From Bryobacteraceae bacterium (GTDB taxonomy: Bacteria > Acidobacteriota > Terriglobia > Bryobacterales > Bryobacteraceae), in contig DATKKV010000013.1 of the NCBI GenBank assembly GCA_035542735.1, forward strand, positions 18,175-82,174: a stretch of 64,000 nucleotides of DNA, in the 5' to 3' direction. A model generated the notes under the pieces. That model worked only from the letters and a program-made list of their open reading frames with translations. It searched no databases and was not told where the DNA came from. Shown one piece after another: positions 8,713 to 20,034 of this stretch (the stretch's first letter is position 1; each line of letters begins with the position of its first letter). The position numbers were made by a program, and so were the translations under genes.

Positions 8713-11175
8713 CTACTCGGTCCGCAAAGCGACCATAGGATCCACGCGCGTCGCCCGAAGCGCGGGCATGTAGGTGGCGAGCATGGCGACACAGGCGAGG
8801 AAAGCGGCGGCGGATACGAACGTGAGCGGGTCGTAGGCGCTGACATTCACGAGCATTCCTCCGACAATACGAGCCGCAGCGAACGCAATGACACTTCCGG
8901 CAAGCAGCCCTTCGACGACTAATCCGAGCCCGTCTTTCAGCACCAGACGGAGCACGTCGCCCGGCTGCGCGCCCAGCGCCATACGGATGCCGGCTTCCTG
9001 CGTGCGCTGACTGACGGCGTAACTCATGACGCTATACAAGCCAATCGCCGCGAGCAGAAGCGAGATCCCGCTGACGACTGCCAGCAGGCTAGCGGCGACG
9101 TGCTGCGCGAACAGTGAGCCTGTGGTGGCGTCGGACAATAACCTGGTGCTGAAAACGGCATCCTGGTTGAGCGCCAGAGCCTCCCTGCGCAAGGCGGAGG
9201 TCATCCGCAGCGGGTCGCCCACGGTTTTGATGAAGATCGAAAAGTTGAGACCGGGCATGAACCACTGGCGGAAAGGGATGTAGAAGAACGGAGTGGAGCC
9301 CTCGATCGGGGTGTGATACTTGCTATCTTTGACCAGCCCCACCACCGTTGCCTGGTTGCCCTCGCACCGGACTTTGCGGCCGATCGGGTTTCTCCCGTTA
9401 AAGAAGCGGTTGGCAAAAGTTTGGTTGACGATGATCACCATAGGAGCCCCGGCCGAATCGTTTTCGGTGAAGTCGCGGCCTTCGAGCAGCCGGATGCCGA
9501 GCAGGTTGAAGTAGCCTGGCGGAACGGTGGCGCGATGGATCATCATCTGTTCATCGGGAGCGGGGGCATATCCCTCGATGTCGAGTTGGTGCCAGGGAAT
9601 GGAGCCCGTTCCGGAGGCCTGGGACATCGGCACCACATCGGAGTAGGTTACACCGACCACGCCCGGGTTCGATTCCATCCGGTCGCGGAGGATCCGGCAG
9701 AAATCGCGCTGCTCCTGTGCCGAGTAGCCCGCGTAAGAGAGATAAAACTGCGACACAGAGATGTTGGACTGGTCGAACCCAGGTGCGATCCGGCTAGCGT
9801 TCTGGAAGCTCCGGTAAAAGAGACCGGCGCCGATCAGGGCAACCATCGCCAGGGCCATTTCGGAGACCACCAGGAGGCTTCGCAGACGGCGCGAGCCGGA
9901 ACCAGAGCCTCCGCTGCGACCGGCTTCTTTGAGCGTCTCATTCACGCTGGACCGGGCAATAATCAGGGCTGGCGCCGTGCCGGACAGCAGCGTCGCAACA
10001 ACGGCAGTCAGCAGCGTGAAGCCGAGGGTCGGCAGGTTCAAAGCACCGCCTAAATCCAAAGGAATATCGACAATGGGGAGCATGAACAGGAGCGACTGGC
10101 CCATCCACAGAACCAGCGTGACGCCGACCACCGCGCCGCCGGCGGCCAGTAATGCGGTCTCAATCAGGAGCTGCGTCGCGAGACGGGACCGCCCTGCTCC
10201 GAGCGCAAGCCGGATACCGAACTCCCTTTGGCGCGTCACCGCGCGGGCCAGCAACAGATTGGAGATGTTCGCGCAAACGATCAACAAGAGGAGTAAGGAG
10301 AGCGCCATCAAGATCCGCAGCGGCTGGAGCAGCATGCCCTGCGCGCCCAGATGCCCCTGCCAGAGGGGCGTCACGGTGAGGTCGACGCCACGGTTGGTGG
10401 CAGGATAAAGCTCCGCCAGGCGCTTCCCGAGCGCGGCGGCTTCCGCCCGCGCCTGCCCGATGGTGACGCCGGGCAACAGCCGCACAATGGTGGACGTCTC
10501 ATCGCGCGTCCCGCGGTAGTGCAGAGTGCCGTCGCCGGTTCCCATTGCCGTGGCCATCGTAACCGGGATCCAGGCGTCGTAGACCACCCCTGCCAGGGTG
10601 CCGTGGAACTCGCGGGGCGCCACTCCGATAATCGTCAACACGTGGCGGTTCAAGCGCATTGTCTGGCCCACCACTTTCGGGTCGCCGCCGAACCGGGTCT
10701 GCCACAGGCGATAACTGATCACGGCGACTGGCGCGCTGCCTTCCTGATCGCGTCCTTCTTCGGGTAGAAACGCGCGGCCCAGAATGGGCTTCACCTTCAA
10801 GACATCGAAATAGTTGTTCGAGACCAGTTCCGCCCAAGCCCGCTCCGTTCTTCCCTCGGCCCCTAAGCTGAGAGGCGTGAAGCGTCCCTGGGCGATTCCG
10901 GAAACCAGCTTCAGATTGTCTCGATAGTCGCGATAGTCGAGATAGGACGTGTTGACCAAATACTCCCCTGTGGGGGTCACTGTCTCAATCAGGGCGAGTT
11001 CCCGCGGATCGCCGGCGCCTGGGAATGGATGCAGCAGAACGGAATCGATCCAACTGAACACCGTCGTGTTCACCGCGATGCCCAAGCCCAGAGTAAGGAC
11101 CGCGACCGCCGTGAACCAATGGCTGCGGTGCAAGATACGTAATCCGAACCAGACGTCCCGGAGGAGAGTTGGCAT
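8713..11175 (-). CDS. ADOP-type duplicated MacB/FtsX-like ABC permease (no adjacent ATPase)
   Basis: Start trimmed to MPTLLRDVWFGLRILHRSHWFTAVAVLTLGLGIAVNTTVFS, the typical ADOP N-terminus. Two FtsX-type 4-TM modules separated by large periplasmic domains. Confidence 0.85.
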   Translation of the reverse strand: MPTLLRDVWFGLRILHRSHWFTAVAVLTLGLGIAVNTTVFSWIDSVLLHPFPGAGDPRELALIETVTPTGEYLVNTSYLDYRDYRDNLKLVSGIAQGRFTPLSLGAEGRTERAWAELVSNNYFDVLKVKPILGRAFLPEEGRDQEGSAPVAVISYRLWQTRFGGDPKVVGQTMRLNRHVLTIIGVAPREFHGTLAGVVYDAWIPVTMATAMGTGDGTLHYRGTRDETSTIVRLLPGVTIGQARAEAAALGKRLAELYPATNRGVDLTVTPLWQGHLGAQGMLLQPLRILMALSLLLLLIVCANISNLLLARAVTRQREFGIRLALGAGRSRLATQLLIETALLAAGGAVVGVTLVLWMGQSLLFMLPIVDIPLDLGGALNLPTLGFTLLTAVVATLLSGTAPALIIARSSVNETLKEAGRSGGSGSGSRRLRSLLVVSEMALAMVALIGAGLFYRSFQNASRIAPGFDQSNISVSQFYLSYAGYSAQEQRDFCRILRDRMESNPGVVGVTYSDVVPMSQASGTGSIPWHQLDIEGYAPAPDEQMMIHRATVPPGYFNLLGIRLLEGRDFTENDSAGAPMVIIVNQTFANRFFNGRNPIGRKVRCEGNQATVVGLVKDSKYHTPIEGSTPFFYIPFRQWFMPGLNFSIFIKTVGDPLRMTSALRREALALNQDAVFSTRLLSDATTGSLFAQHVAASLLAVVSGISLLLAAIGLYSVMSYAVSQRTQEAGIRMALGAQPGDVLRLVLKDGLGLVVEGLLAGSVIAFAAARIVGGMLVNVSAYDPLTFVSAAAFLACVAMLATYMPALRATRVDPMVALRTE

Positions 11176-11372
11176 CGCTGTGCTTAAGGTTTGCAACTCG
11201 ATCTCCAAAACGCAAATCCTTGGAAGCGCAGGGAATTTCGACCGCCGGACTGTCCGTTTGCGGAATAAGGCGACCCGGAACCGAGGGTTTTCGCGCAAAG
11301 GGAGCGCCTGCGGAACGGTTAAGATTGTCCGTAGAACGCCATGCCCGAGCCATGCGTAATAATTGCCCGGTT

Positions 11373-11401
11373 TTGCAACATGGCGGCGGCTGTAGTAAAC
11401 T
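11373..11401 (+). promoter_or_regulatory. putative sigma-70-type promoter of rplU-rpmA-obg
   Basis: TTGCAA (11373..11378), a 17-nt spacer, then TAAACT (11396..11401), about 45 nt upstream of the rplU ATG. Confidence 0.4.
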
Positions 11402-11412
11402 AAAACTTCTGA

Positions 11413-11429
11413 GATTCTTCAGAAGAATC
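11413..11429. promoter_or_regulatory. perfect 17-nt palindrome in the rplU 5' leader
   Basis: GATTCTTC-A-GAAGAATC lies between the putative -10 box and the AAGAGGGA ribosome-binding site. Confidence 0.3.
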
Positions 11430-11445
11430 CACAAGAGGGATCAGT

Positions 11446-11751
11446 ATGTACGCAGTCATTGAAACGGGCGGGAAGCAGTATCGCGCCACTCCGGGCGAAT
11501 TTCTGGAGATTGAATCCATCGCGGGCGACATCGGCTCCGAAGTGAGCTTCGACAAAGTGCTGGCGGTGGTGGACGGCGATTCGGTGAAGGCCGGATCGGC
11601 CGTGGGAAGCGCTCTTGTGAAGGGCACGATCGTCGCCAATGGCCGCGGCGAAAAGACCATCGTCTTCAAATTCAAGCGCAAGAAGCAGTACCGGCGCACG
11701 CAAGGCCACCGCCAGAGCTTCACGCGCATTAAAGTAAGCGAGATCGCATAA
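11446..11751 (+). CDS. rplU: 50S ribosomal protein L21
   Basis: [23 protein letters not shown]... is the canonical L21 N-terminus. Confidence 0.97.
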   Translation: MYAVIETGGKQYRATPGEFLEIESIAGDIGSEVSFDKVLAVVDGDSVKAGSAVGSALVKGTIVANGRGEKTIVFKFKRKKQYRRTQGHRQSFTRIKVSEIA

Positions 11752-12020
11752 TGGCACACAAAAAAGGATTAGGCAGTTCTAAGAACGGTCGCGACTCCAA
11801 TGCGCAACGTCTCGGCGTGAAGGCCTTCGGAGGCCAGTTGGTCCCGGGCGGCTCCATCATCGTACGCCAGCGCGGCACCAAGATCAAGCCGGGCCTCAAC
11901 GTCGGCCTGGGCAAGGATGACACGCTGTTCGCCAAGGTCACCGGCACCATCGAGTTCCGCGATCGCGGCCGCATGGGCAAGTTCGTCAACGTGCATCCGC
12001 ACGAAGTCGCCGTGCAGTAA
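11751..12020 (+). CDS. rpmA: 50S ribosomal protein L27
   Basis: [29 protein letters not shown] is canonical L27. TAATG overlap with rplU. Confidence 0.97.
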   Translation: MAHKKGLGSSKNGRDSNAQRLGVKAFGGQLVPGGSIIVRQRGTKIKPGLNVGLGKDDTLFAKVTGTIEFRDRGRMGKFVNVHPHEVAVQ

Positions 12021-13079
<1,059 letters not shown>

Positions 13080-13093
13080 GTTATTCTGCGGGT

Positions 13094-14002
13094 ATGTCCA
13101 TCCGACCCGTCAAGAAACTCGTCAAGGCCAAGCCCACTCTGGAGGGCGCAGGTGTTCATCTGGCGCGCGCATTTGGATTCGGTAACACGCGCGACTTCGA
13201 TCCGTTCCTGCTGCTCGACGACTTCCGCAACGACATTCCCGAGGATTACCTGGCCGGCTTCCCCTGGCATCCGCACCGCGGTATCGAGACGATTACGTAT
13301 GTGCTCGCCGGCACCGTCGAGCACGGGGACAGCCTGGGTAATCGCGGTGCGATTTCCGCCGGCGATGTCCAGTGGATGACGGCGGGCAGCGGCATCATCC
13401 ATCAAGAAATGCCCAAAGGCGACCCCGCCGGGCGCATGCATGGCTTCCAGCTATGGGGCAATCTGCCTTCGTCGCTCAAAATGACCGCGCCTCGTTACCA
13501 GGAAGTGAAAGCGGCGGAGATTCCCCAGGTGACCGACGACGACGGAACGCATGTGAAGATCGTGGCGGGCAGTTTCTGGGGCAAGACGGGGCCGGTGGAC
13601 GGTGTCGCCGCCGAGCCCGTGTATCTGGACGTTTCCGTCGCGCCGGGACGCAGGAAAAAACTGCCGGTATCGACCACGCGTCACGCCTTCGCCTACGTGT
13701 TCGCGGGCTCTGGAAAATTCTGCAACGCGTCTGATCCATTGGACGTTCCCACTGAAGGCGTGGGCTGGATGGACACGACGCCTCCGCCAGCGATGGCCGA
13801 CAACCGGTCGCTGGTGCTGTTCGACCAGGGGGACGACGTGGAGGTGCAAGCCGGAGAGGACGGCATCCGCTTCCTGCTGGTGTCCGGCAAGCCTCTGGAG
13901 GAGCCGGTCGCCTGGTACGGGCCGATTGTCATGAATACGCAGCAGCAATTGAAGGAAGCCTTCGAGGAGCTGGAGCGCGGAACGTTCTTGAAGGTTCGCT
14001 AA
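13094..14002 (+). CDS. pirin family protein
   Basis: HPHRGIETITYVLAGTVEHGDSLGN...VQWMTAGSGIIHQE cupin metal-site motifs. Confidence 0.9.
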   Translation: MSIRPVKKLVKAKPTLEGAGVHLARAFGFGNTRDFDPFLLLDDFRNDIPEDYLAGFPWHPHRGIETITYVLAGTVEHGDSLGNRGAISAGDVQWMTAGSGIIHQEMPKGDPAGRMHGFQLWGNLPSSLKMTAPRYQEVKAAEIPQVTDDDGTHVKIVAGSFWGKTGPVDGVAAEPVYLDVSVAPGRRKKLPVSTTRHAFAYVFAGSGKFCNASDPLDVPTEGVGWMDTTPPPAMADNRSLVLFDQGDDVEVQAGEDGIRFLLVSGKPLEEPVAWYGPIVMNTQQQLKEAFEELERGTFLKVR

Positions 14003-14940
14003 GTAACTCGGGCCGCGGCAGCGCCGAGCGACAGTTCCGTCCCTGGCTCGGCGTTGTTCGTCCTGAGGTACGCCATCGCCACCACTTTTCCAAGAGCAGG
14101 GGAGAGCGCGGCGGAAACGATCTCGCCCGCGTCCGCCTCGCCCAGCTTCAACTTCGTTCCGGCTGCGGGGATGTCGGTGGAATCAATCTCCACACGGCGC
14201 AGGAGGCGGTGGATTTGCGCCCGGCTCCGCACTCGCTCGACAATTTCCTGGCCCAGATAGCAACCCTTGTTGAAGTGGACAGCCTGCAATTGGCCGGTTT
14301 CCTGAACCAGGAAGCGTTCCGTAATCTCTTCGCCGTAGCGCGGGCGACCGTTCTCAATGCGCACGGTGGAAGCCTCGTCCGGCGTCGCTGCAACCGCGCC
14401 GGCGCGCGCCAAATCTCCGACGAACCCATCGATTTCCGCAATTGGGGCAAATACAAAAAACCCGCCCATACCCGTGGAATCCACGCGAGCCACGGTCCGG
14501 GAGCCCCAGGTAGTCGTCGAGTATGGCTCTGCCGGAAGAGGGGCACCGACCCTTGTAAGGATAGTCGCGGCATCCGGGCCCTCGACGGCGATCGTGCCGA
14601 CTTGGTCGGTTTCGTCGAGCAAGGCGACGTCGTCGGCGATGATGTAGCGGTCCAGATGCTCGAATATCTTATGGCGGGTCTCCGGCTCCGTGTCGAGAAG
14701 GAAGTGGTCCTCAAAGCAAAACATGTTCACGTCGGCCAGAATGCGCCCCTGCGCGTTCAGGAAGAACGCGTAGCAGCCGGAGCCTGGCTTCAACTGCTGC
14801 ACGTGATTCGTCGTCATGGCGTGCAACAGGCGTGCGCGATCCTCACCCGAAGCTCGGATCTTGCCGCGATCCGACAAATCGAGCCATGCGGCGCCGGCAT
14901 GCAAGGCGCGATATCCTTCCGTGGTCATAGCGGTATTCAT
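13999..14940 (-). CDS. ygfZ: YgfZ-type folate-binding protein (GcvT/aminomethyltransferase fold)
   Basis: Conserved KGCYLGQE motif (FNKGCYLGQEIVERV). Start trimmed to MNTAMTTEGY, with a TGATG junction to the upstream gene. Its stop overlaps the pirin stop (CTAA). Confidence 0.85.
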   Translation of the reverse strand: MNTAMTTEGYRALHAGAAWLDLSDRGKIRASGEDRARLLHAMTTNHVQQLKPGSGCYAFFLNAQGRILADVNMFCFEDHFLLDTEPETRHKIFEHLDRYIIADDVALLDETDQVGTIAVEGPDAATILTRVGAPLPAEPYSTTTWGSRTVARVDSTGMGGFFVFAPIAEIDGFVGDLARAGAVAATPDEASTVRIENGRPRYGEEITERFLVQETGQLQAVHFNKGCYLGQEIVERVRSRAQIHRLLRRVEIDSTDIPAAGTKLKLGEADAGEIVSAALSPALGKVVAMAYLRTNNAEPGTELSLGAAAARVT

Positions 14941-15293
14941 CAGAGAGAGAGCCAGCGCAGCACGCCAGAGATCGCGATCACGATCGCCCCCGAAATCGCG
15001 ATGCCCGTGAGCGCCCGCGGTTTTCCACGGTACAGTATTGTCGCGGCAAAGATATGCAGTACGAACAGAATCTTGATTCCGAACCACATATGATAGTGCG
15101 GCGGAACATGCTGTTTGCTCAGGAAATTGTACGTTCCCGAAATGAGGATTGTGCCGATAGCGGTGTAGGCCACCGGCTTAAACGCCCTTGCCAGATCCCC
15201 AATGGCGAAGCGCGCATAAAATACGCCTCCCAGCAGCACCGCGATCGAAACCAGGTGCAGCCAGCGCATGCCGATACTCAAAACAGCATCCAT
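14940..15293 (-). CDS. small integral membrane protein (about 4 TM)
   Basis: Hydrophobic segments throughout; the family is not recognised with confidence. Confidence 0.5.
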   Translation of the reverse strand: MDAVLSIGMRWLHLVSIAVLLGGVFYARFAIGDLARAFKPVAYTAIGTILISGTYNFLSKQHVPPHYHMWFGIKILFVLHIFAATILYRGKPRALTGIAISGAIVIAISGVLRWLSL

Positions 15294-15313
15294 ACTCCGA
15301 GTATATTTGAAAC

Positions 15314-15946
15314 ATGATTCATGAGATCCTGCCGGTGGGGATGCTGCAATGCAACTGCTCGATCTTCGGCGACGAAATGACGCGCGAAGCCATCGTCATC
15401 GACCCGGGCGATAACATCGACGCGATTCTCGCCGCGCTGGCTAAGCACCATTTGAAGGTGAAGGCCATCGTGATCACGCATGCGCATATCGACCACATCG
15501 GCGGCGCGGCGAAACTGAAGGCCGTCACCGGCGCTCCCGTTCATATGAACGCGGCCGACCAGGAGTTGTACGATCACCTGGACGTCCAGGCCTCGTGGCT
15601 AAGCATGAAGACGCCGGAGAAAACGTCCATCGACACCGAGGCACGCGAGGGCGATACCATCACGCTCGGCAACACGCCCTTCCAGATCCTGCAAACCCCG
15701 GGGCACACGCAGGGCAGTATTTCGGTATGGATTCCCGCGGAGAATAAGTTAATTGCCGGAGACACCCTGTTTCGCGACAGCATCGGTCGTACCGATCTGC
15801 CGGGAGGCGACGGGCGAAAAATCCTGCGCTCGATCCGCGATAAGATATTGACGCTTCCCGAGGATGCCGTGGTGATTCCGGGCCATGGACCCACCACGAC
15901 CATCGGCCGGGAAAAAGAACGGAATCCGTTCTTACACGGGCTCTGA
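15314..15946 (+). CDS. MBL-fold metallo-hydrolase (glyoxalase II-like)
   Basis: VITHAHIDHIGG (HxHxDH), TPGHTQGS, and a C-terminal GHG. Confidence 0.85.
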   Translation: MIHEILPVGMLQCNCSIFGDEMTREAIVIDPGDNIDAILAALAKHHLKVKAIVITHAHIDHIGGAAKLKAVTGAPVHMNAADQELYDHLDVQASWLSMKTPEKTSIDTEAREGDTITLGNTPFQILQTPGHTQGSISVWIPAENKLIAGDTLFRDSIGRTDLPGGDGRKILRSIRDKILTLPEDAVVIPGHGPTTTIGREKERNPFLHGL

Positions 15947-16222
15947 CCCCTGCCGGGCGCGCTCCAGTTCCGCCATCACGCTCATCACCAATTCTTTGGC
16001 GTCCGTCACGCACTTACTGATCATTTGAATGTCCATCGCGGGCTTTCCCAGCTGCCGCGCGCTCTGGCAATAGACTCCATGCTGGCCCACCAGCACCAGC
16101 GCGTCAGTCAGCAGATCGAGCGTCACCGCCAGCCGGCCTCGTTCCAGACCCATTCGAAACTCCTGCTGCTCGAGAGCCTCCCGGCGATCGTCATAGACAG
16201 ACATGCTCTTATTCTCTCGCAA
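15932..16222 (-). CDS. small hypothetical protein immediately downstream of the SBBP gene
   Basis: ORF only. An alternative start, MSVYDD, lies at 16204. Its 3' end overlaps the convergent MBL gene by 15 nt. Confidence 0.35.
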   Translation of the reverse strand: MRENKSMSVYDDRREALEQQEFRMGLERGRLAVTLDLLTDALVLVGQHGVYCQSARQLGKPAMDIQMISKCVTDAKELVMSVMAELERARQGSEPV

Positions 16223-16225
16223 AGA

Positions 16226-19200
16226 TCAGGGCGTCCACGTTCCGATGTAGACCCAGCCCGAGTTGGAATTCGGTTCATTCGCCTGCACATATACACTCTT
16301 CGGGCCGGTGAACGCCGATAGGAACTGGATTTGAACCGTGAAGAGCACGTCCTGGCCGATGAACTGGTAGTCCGTGTATTGGATGCTACACTGGCTATTC
16401 TCCATGAGTGTGGAGTAGCCGATGCCCTTGGTGGCCAGCGTCGTGTTCCCGGTATTGTCCCAAAGACCGACTGTCTCGGCAGCGCGGTTATAGACGATCG
16501 AGCAGGCGTTGGCGATGTTGGTGGGCGCTCCAGATGTGAACAGGACGTTCATGCCGCTAATGTTGGTCTGCGAAGACGAATCGGCGACCGTGAAGACGAA
16601 CTGCTGCAGCATGCCGGTACCCGAGTTTGGCGACATCGACACTACCGTGGACGCACCTCCTGTAACGGTCCATGTTCCTACCGTGGTCCACTGAGACTTG
16701 TACAAGCTTCCTTCGGCGGCGTACAAATAGATGTTCTTGGTCCCGTAAAAACCGGAATTGAAGGTCAAGTCCAGGGTGATGAGCACCTGCGTCGCGCCGC
16801 GAACGATCGTGCTGTTCAGAGCGTTCATCGTGCATTGACTGTTGGTGGCGATGTTGTTCGAGCCGGGGGGGAATGGTGTTTGGCCGCTCGCGGGATTGTC
16901 GTACGTGAGTGAAATCGTATTCGCGACGCCATCCCATTCGAGCAGGCAGGCGTTCAAGTTGTTGAACGTCGAGGCAAAGAGAATCGCCCCGTACGTGAGA
17001 TAACTGGCCCCGCCCGGATCGGCAATGGTGAATGTGAAACGCTCGCCCGGTCCGGAGCCGGAGCTGGGAACACTCCCCGCTGCCTGTGGATTGCCTCCGT
17101 TTGCGGCGCCAAATGTGCCTGCCAGCACCCAGCCGGTGTTGAGCGAACCCACCGCGGCATACATGTAGATGTTCTGCGTTCCATTGAACGAGCCCTTGAA
17201 GTAGACATTCGCCGTGAAAATGATGGAGAGGCCGCTCTGCGCCGCGGACGTGCCGCTCACCACGCACTGACTGTTTTGTAGTGCAGTGGACGAACCAAGA
17301 GTAACGGAGGTCGCGCTCTGGTTATTATCGGTAGCCAGCGAAACAGTATTGCTCGTGAGGTTATACACAACATAACAGGCGTTGGTAAACGTCACCGAAC
17401 TGTTGAACAAGAAAGCCACGCTGGTGAGGTTGTCGGCATAGACGGTATCCGAGTAGACGAAACTGAACGTCGCGCCGGTGCCGCTGCCGGCATTGGGCGA
17501 CACCGAGCCGACCTGCGGCGTGCCGGGTGCCACCGTCACGGAATATGCTCCCTCCGCCACCCAGCCGGTGTTCGAGTTCGCATCGGATGCGGACAGGTAT
17601 AACGTCTTGGGCCCGGCAAACGGAGGCTGGAAAGCCAGCGAGTAAGTGACGCTTAGGGACGATCCGGAAACCGAAGCGGAGCTTCCCACGCCGTTCAGCG
17701 CGCATTGGCCGTTCTGCGCCGAGGCTCCGCCCGGCGTAACGGTCGACAGCACCGCGGTCCCTGCGTCGTTGTAGAGGGAGAATACGTTCAAGCCGGGATT
17801 GTAGCTGACGTAACATCCGTAGCCGGTGGAGGCACTGGCGTTTACCAGCAGAGCCGCCGCCGTAAGCGTGGATCCGCCTCCGCTATCGGAAAAGCTCGCC
17901 GTGAACGTCACAGACGACCCGGAGCCTGAAGCCGGCGAGATCGACAGAACCGCCGGCGTCGTGGGCGGCGATGCGGATACGCCCAGCCGCGCGACCCATC
18001 CCGTGCTGGCTGAGGCGAGCGCCGATTGGATCGGATTCGTCAGGGGGAAATTCGAAGAGCTGGTCTGTCCACCCACGAAGATATTCACGCTGGCATCGAG
18101 CGCGATCGCATTGGCCGCGTCCGATCCGGTCCCGCCAAAGAAGGTGGAGAAGACCAGTCCGTTTCCAGCGGCGTTCAACTCGCTGATAAAGGCGTCGTAC
18201 AATCCTCCGAGACTCGGCTGCAAGGATCCGGCCTGAGGGAAATTGAGGGACGCGGTATATCCGCTGATATAGGCACTGCCCGCGGCGCTCACACGAATAC
18301 CCGAACCCCAGTCATAACTGGCGCCGCCCAAGTAGGTACTGTAGACTGGCGTTCCCGTCGCCGTGAGTTTCGTGACGAACGCATTCTGCGGCCCTGCAAT
18401 CGCCGTCTGGAATGCGCCCGCCGTCACCGGGAAGTTGGCCGAAACGGTAACTCCTGCGACGTACGCGTTTCCCGCCGAATCGAGCGCGATGCCATTGGCC
18501 TGCTGCGGCGGGCCGCCGCTCCCTCCTAAATAGGTGCTGAACGCGATCGTGCCCGAGTAGGAGATCTTTGTGACAAAAGCGTCTTGCGTCCCGGCGAGTG
18601 CGCTCTGGAGTGCCGAAACGGTTGGAAAATTCGCCGAAGCCGTTCCTCCAGCGACGAAAATGTCGCCCAGCGCGTCCACGGCGATTCCTCCCGCATGCTC
18701 ATTGGCGGAGCCTCCCAGGTACGTGCTGAAAACAATGGCTCCCGATGGGTTGAGTTTCGTGATGAACGCATCGGTTCCGCCGCCGATGAACGGCTGCACC
18801 GGACTCTGAACCGGAAAGTTCGCAGATTGCGTGTCGCCCGAGATGTAAGCACTCCCATTCGAGTCGACCGCTATGGCGGTGCCCAAATCGTAGGTCGTCC
18901 CACCCAAGTACCCGCTGTAGAGCAGCGCGTTTCCAGCCGCGCTCAACTTAAGTGCAAACGCGGCCGTGCTGCCGCCGAGGGTCGACCGATTCGACGAAAC
19001 CAGGGGGAAATTCGTGGATGACGTCGAACCCGTCACATAGGCCTGGCCCAGCGTGTCGACCGCGATCGCTGCCCCCTTATCATCGGATCTGCCTCCGATA
19101 TACGTCGCGTAAAGCAGCGCGCTTCCCGACGGATTCAACTTCGCCACGATCACGTCCACGCCACCCTGATTCGCCGCTTGCACGGGACCATCGGTCGGAA

Positions 19201-19945
19201 AATTCAGTGCCTCCGTCCATCCAGTGACGTACAGATCGCCGCTGCCGTCCACCGCGACGCCGTTGATCGAGGTCAAGCCGCTTCCGCCCAGATAGGTGCT
19301 GAAGGAAACAGTGGGATCGATCACCAGCGCCCGGGATGGGTCGTACCGACCGATTTCAAATCCTACTGTTTTCGGCCCGAGGAGCTTGTACCGGCCGCTA
19401 ATTCGCTCCCGCACGGAGCCATTTTGTTGATATATCTCAGGCGCGCTTTCGCGAAAATCACCTGCAACCAAGTCCCCGCCGGCATCAACCTCGACTGGTT
19501 CGGAGTATTCCAGGAGAATCAGCCCAGGGTCCCCGCCCGGCGCCACCACGAACTCCGATTTCACGTGCCGCCCCGTTCCGCCGAAGCTCATATCGATCCC
19601 CGGATAAAGACCGTGGTAAACAACCCCGGCGTACGTGGCCACATCCCGCCGCCAGTTGTCGTTTCCGAGAAAGAAGTTTACCTTCGCCTGCAGCGGCTCC
19701 CTTCCCTCCAGCGATACGTCGTGGCTCGCCCCGGCAAAGCGAACTCGAACGCGCCGGTGGCCGGTCTGAAAAACAGCCCCATCGGCCCGGAACCTTGCCG
19801 ATACATCCGGAGTCTGCACCAAGTACTGGACCAGGGAATCAGTCCCATCGGGGAAGAAAAACAGCGGGAGTGAACATTCCTGCTGCGCTGCAAGAATCCC
19901 GGGCGCTCCGGCCAGGAACAGCGTCACAATCGCGATCCGCATCAA
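16226..19945 (-). CDS. giant secreted SBBP beta-propeller repeat protein with four C-terminal tandem Ig-like domains
   Basis: Signal peptide. Seven ~64-aa repeats carry the (F/Y)STYLGG...AVD..G..YV.G.T.S.NFP signature (aa ~215-640). These are followed by four ~135-aa repeats (aa ~665-1239). Confidence 0.85.
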   Translation of the reverse strand: MMRIAIVTLFLAGAPGILAAQQECSLPLFFFPDGTDSLVQYLVQTPDVSARFRADGAVFQTGHRRVRVRFAGASHDVSLEGREPLQAKVNFFLGNDNWRRDVATYAGVVYHGLYPGIDMSFGGTGRHVKSEFVVAPGGDPGLILLEYSEPVEVDAGGDLVAGDFRESAPEIYQQNGSVRERISGRYKLLGPKTVGFEIGRYDPSRALVIDPTVSFSTYLGGSGLTSINGVAVDGSGDLYVTGWTEALNFPTDGPVQAANQGGVDVIVAKLNPSGSALLYATYIGGRSDDKGAAIAVDTLGQAYVTGSTSSTNFPLVSSNRSTLGGSTAAFALKLSAAGNALLYSGYLGGTTYDLGTAIAVDSNGSAYISGDTQSANFPVQSPVQPFIGGGTDAFITKLNPSGAIVFSTYLGGSANEHAGGIAVDALGDIFVAGGTASANFPTVSALQSALAGTQDAFVTKISYSGTIAFSTYLGGSGGPPQQANGIALDSAGNAYVAGVTVSANFPVTAGAFQTAIAGPQNAFVTKLTATGTPVYSTYLGGASYDWGSGIRVSAAGSAYISGYTASLNFPQAGSLQPSLGGLYDAFISELNAAGNGLVFSTFFGGTGSDAANAIALDASVNIFVGGQTSSSNFPLTNPIQSALASASTGWVARLGVSASPPTTPAVLSISPASGSGSSVTFTASFSDSGGGSTLTAAALLVNASASTGYGCYVSYNPGLNVFSLYNDAGTAVLSTVTPGGASAQNGQCALNGVGSSASVSGSSLSVTYSLAFQPPFAGPKTLYLSASDANSNTGWVAEGAYSVTVAPGTPQVGSVSPNAGSGTGATFSFVYSDTVYADNLTSVAFLFNSSVTFTNACYVVYNLTSNTVSLATDNNQSATSVTLGSSTALQNSQCVVSGTSAAQSGLSIIFTANVYFKGSFNGTQNIYMYAAVGSLNTGWVLAGTFGAANGGNPQAAGSVPSSGSGPGERFTFTIADPGGASYLTYGAILFASTFNNLNACLLEWDGVANTISLTYDNPASGQTPFPPGSNNIATNSQCTMNALNSTIVRGATQVLITLDLTFNSGFYGTKNIYLYAAEGSLYKSQWTTVGTWTVTGGASTVVSMSPNSGTGMLQQFVFTVADSSSQTNISGMNVLFTSGAPTNIANACSIVYNRAAETVGLWDNTGNTTLATKGIGYSTLMENSQCSIQYTDYQFIGQDVLFTVQIQFLSAFTGPKSVYVQANEPNSNSGWVYIGTWTP

Positions 19946-20034
19946 CTCAGCTTCAACAAAGAAGTAGGAGTCAGGCGGAAAATTCTTGTATCATTCAGGT
20001 TTTGGCTCGGAATAAGTTGATCGACGCGGCGGTT

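Noticed and set aside
9665-9676. GGGTTCGATTCC, a tRNA T-arm-like motif
   Set aside because: It lies inside the ADOP permease coding frame. No acceptor stem or anticodon arm can be built around it.
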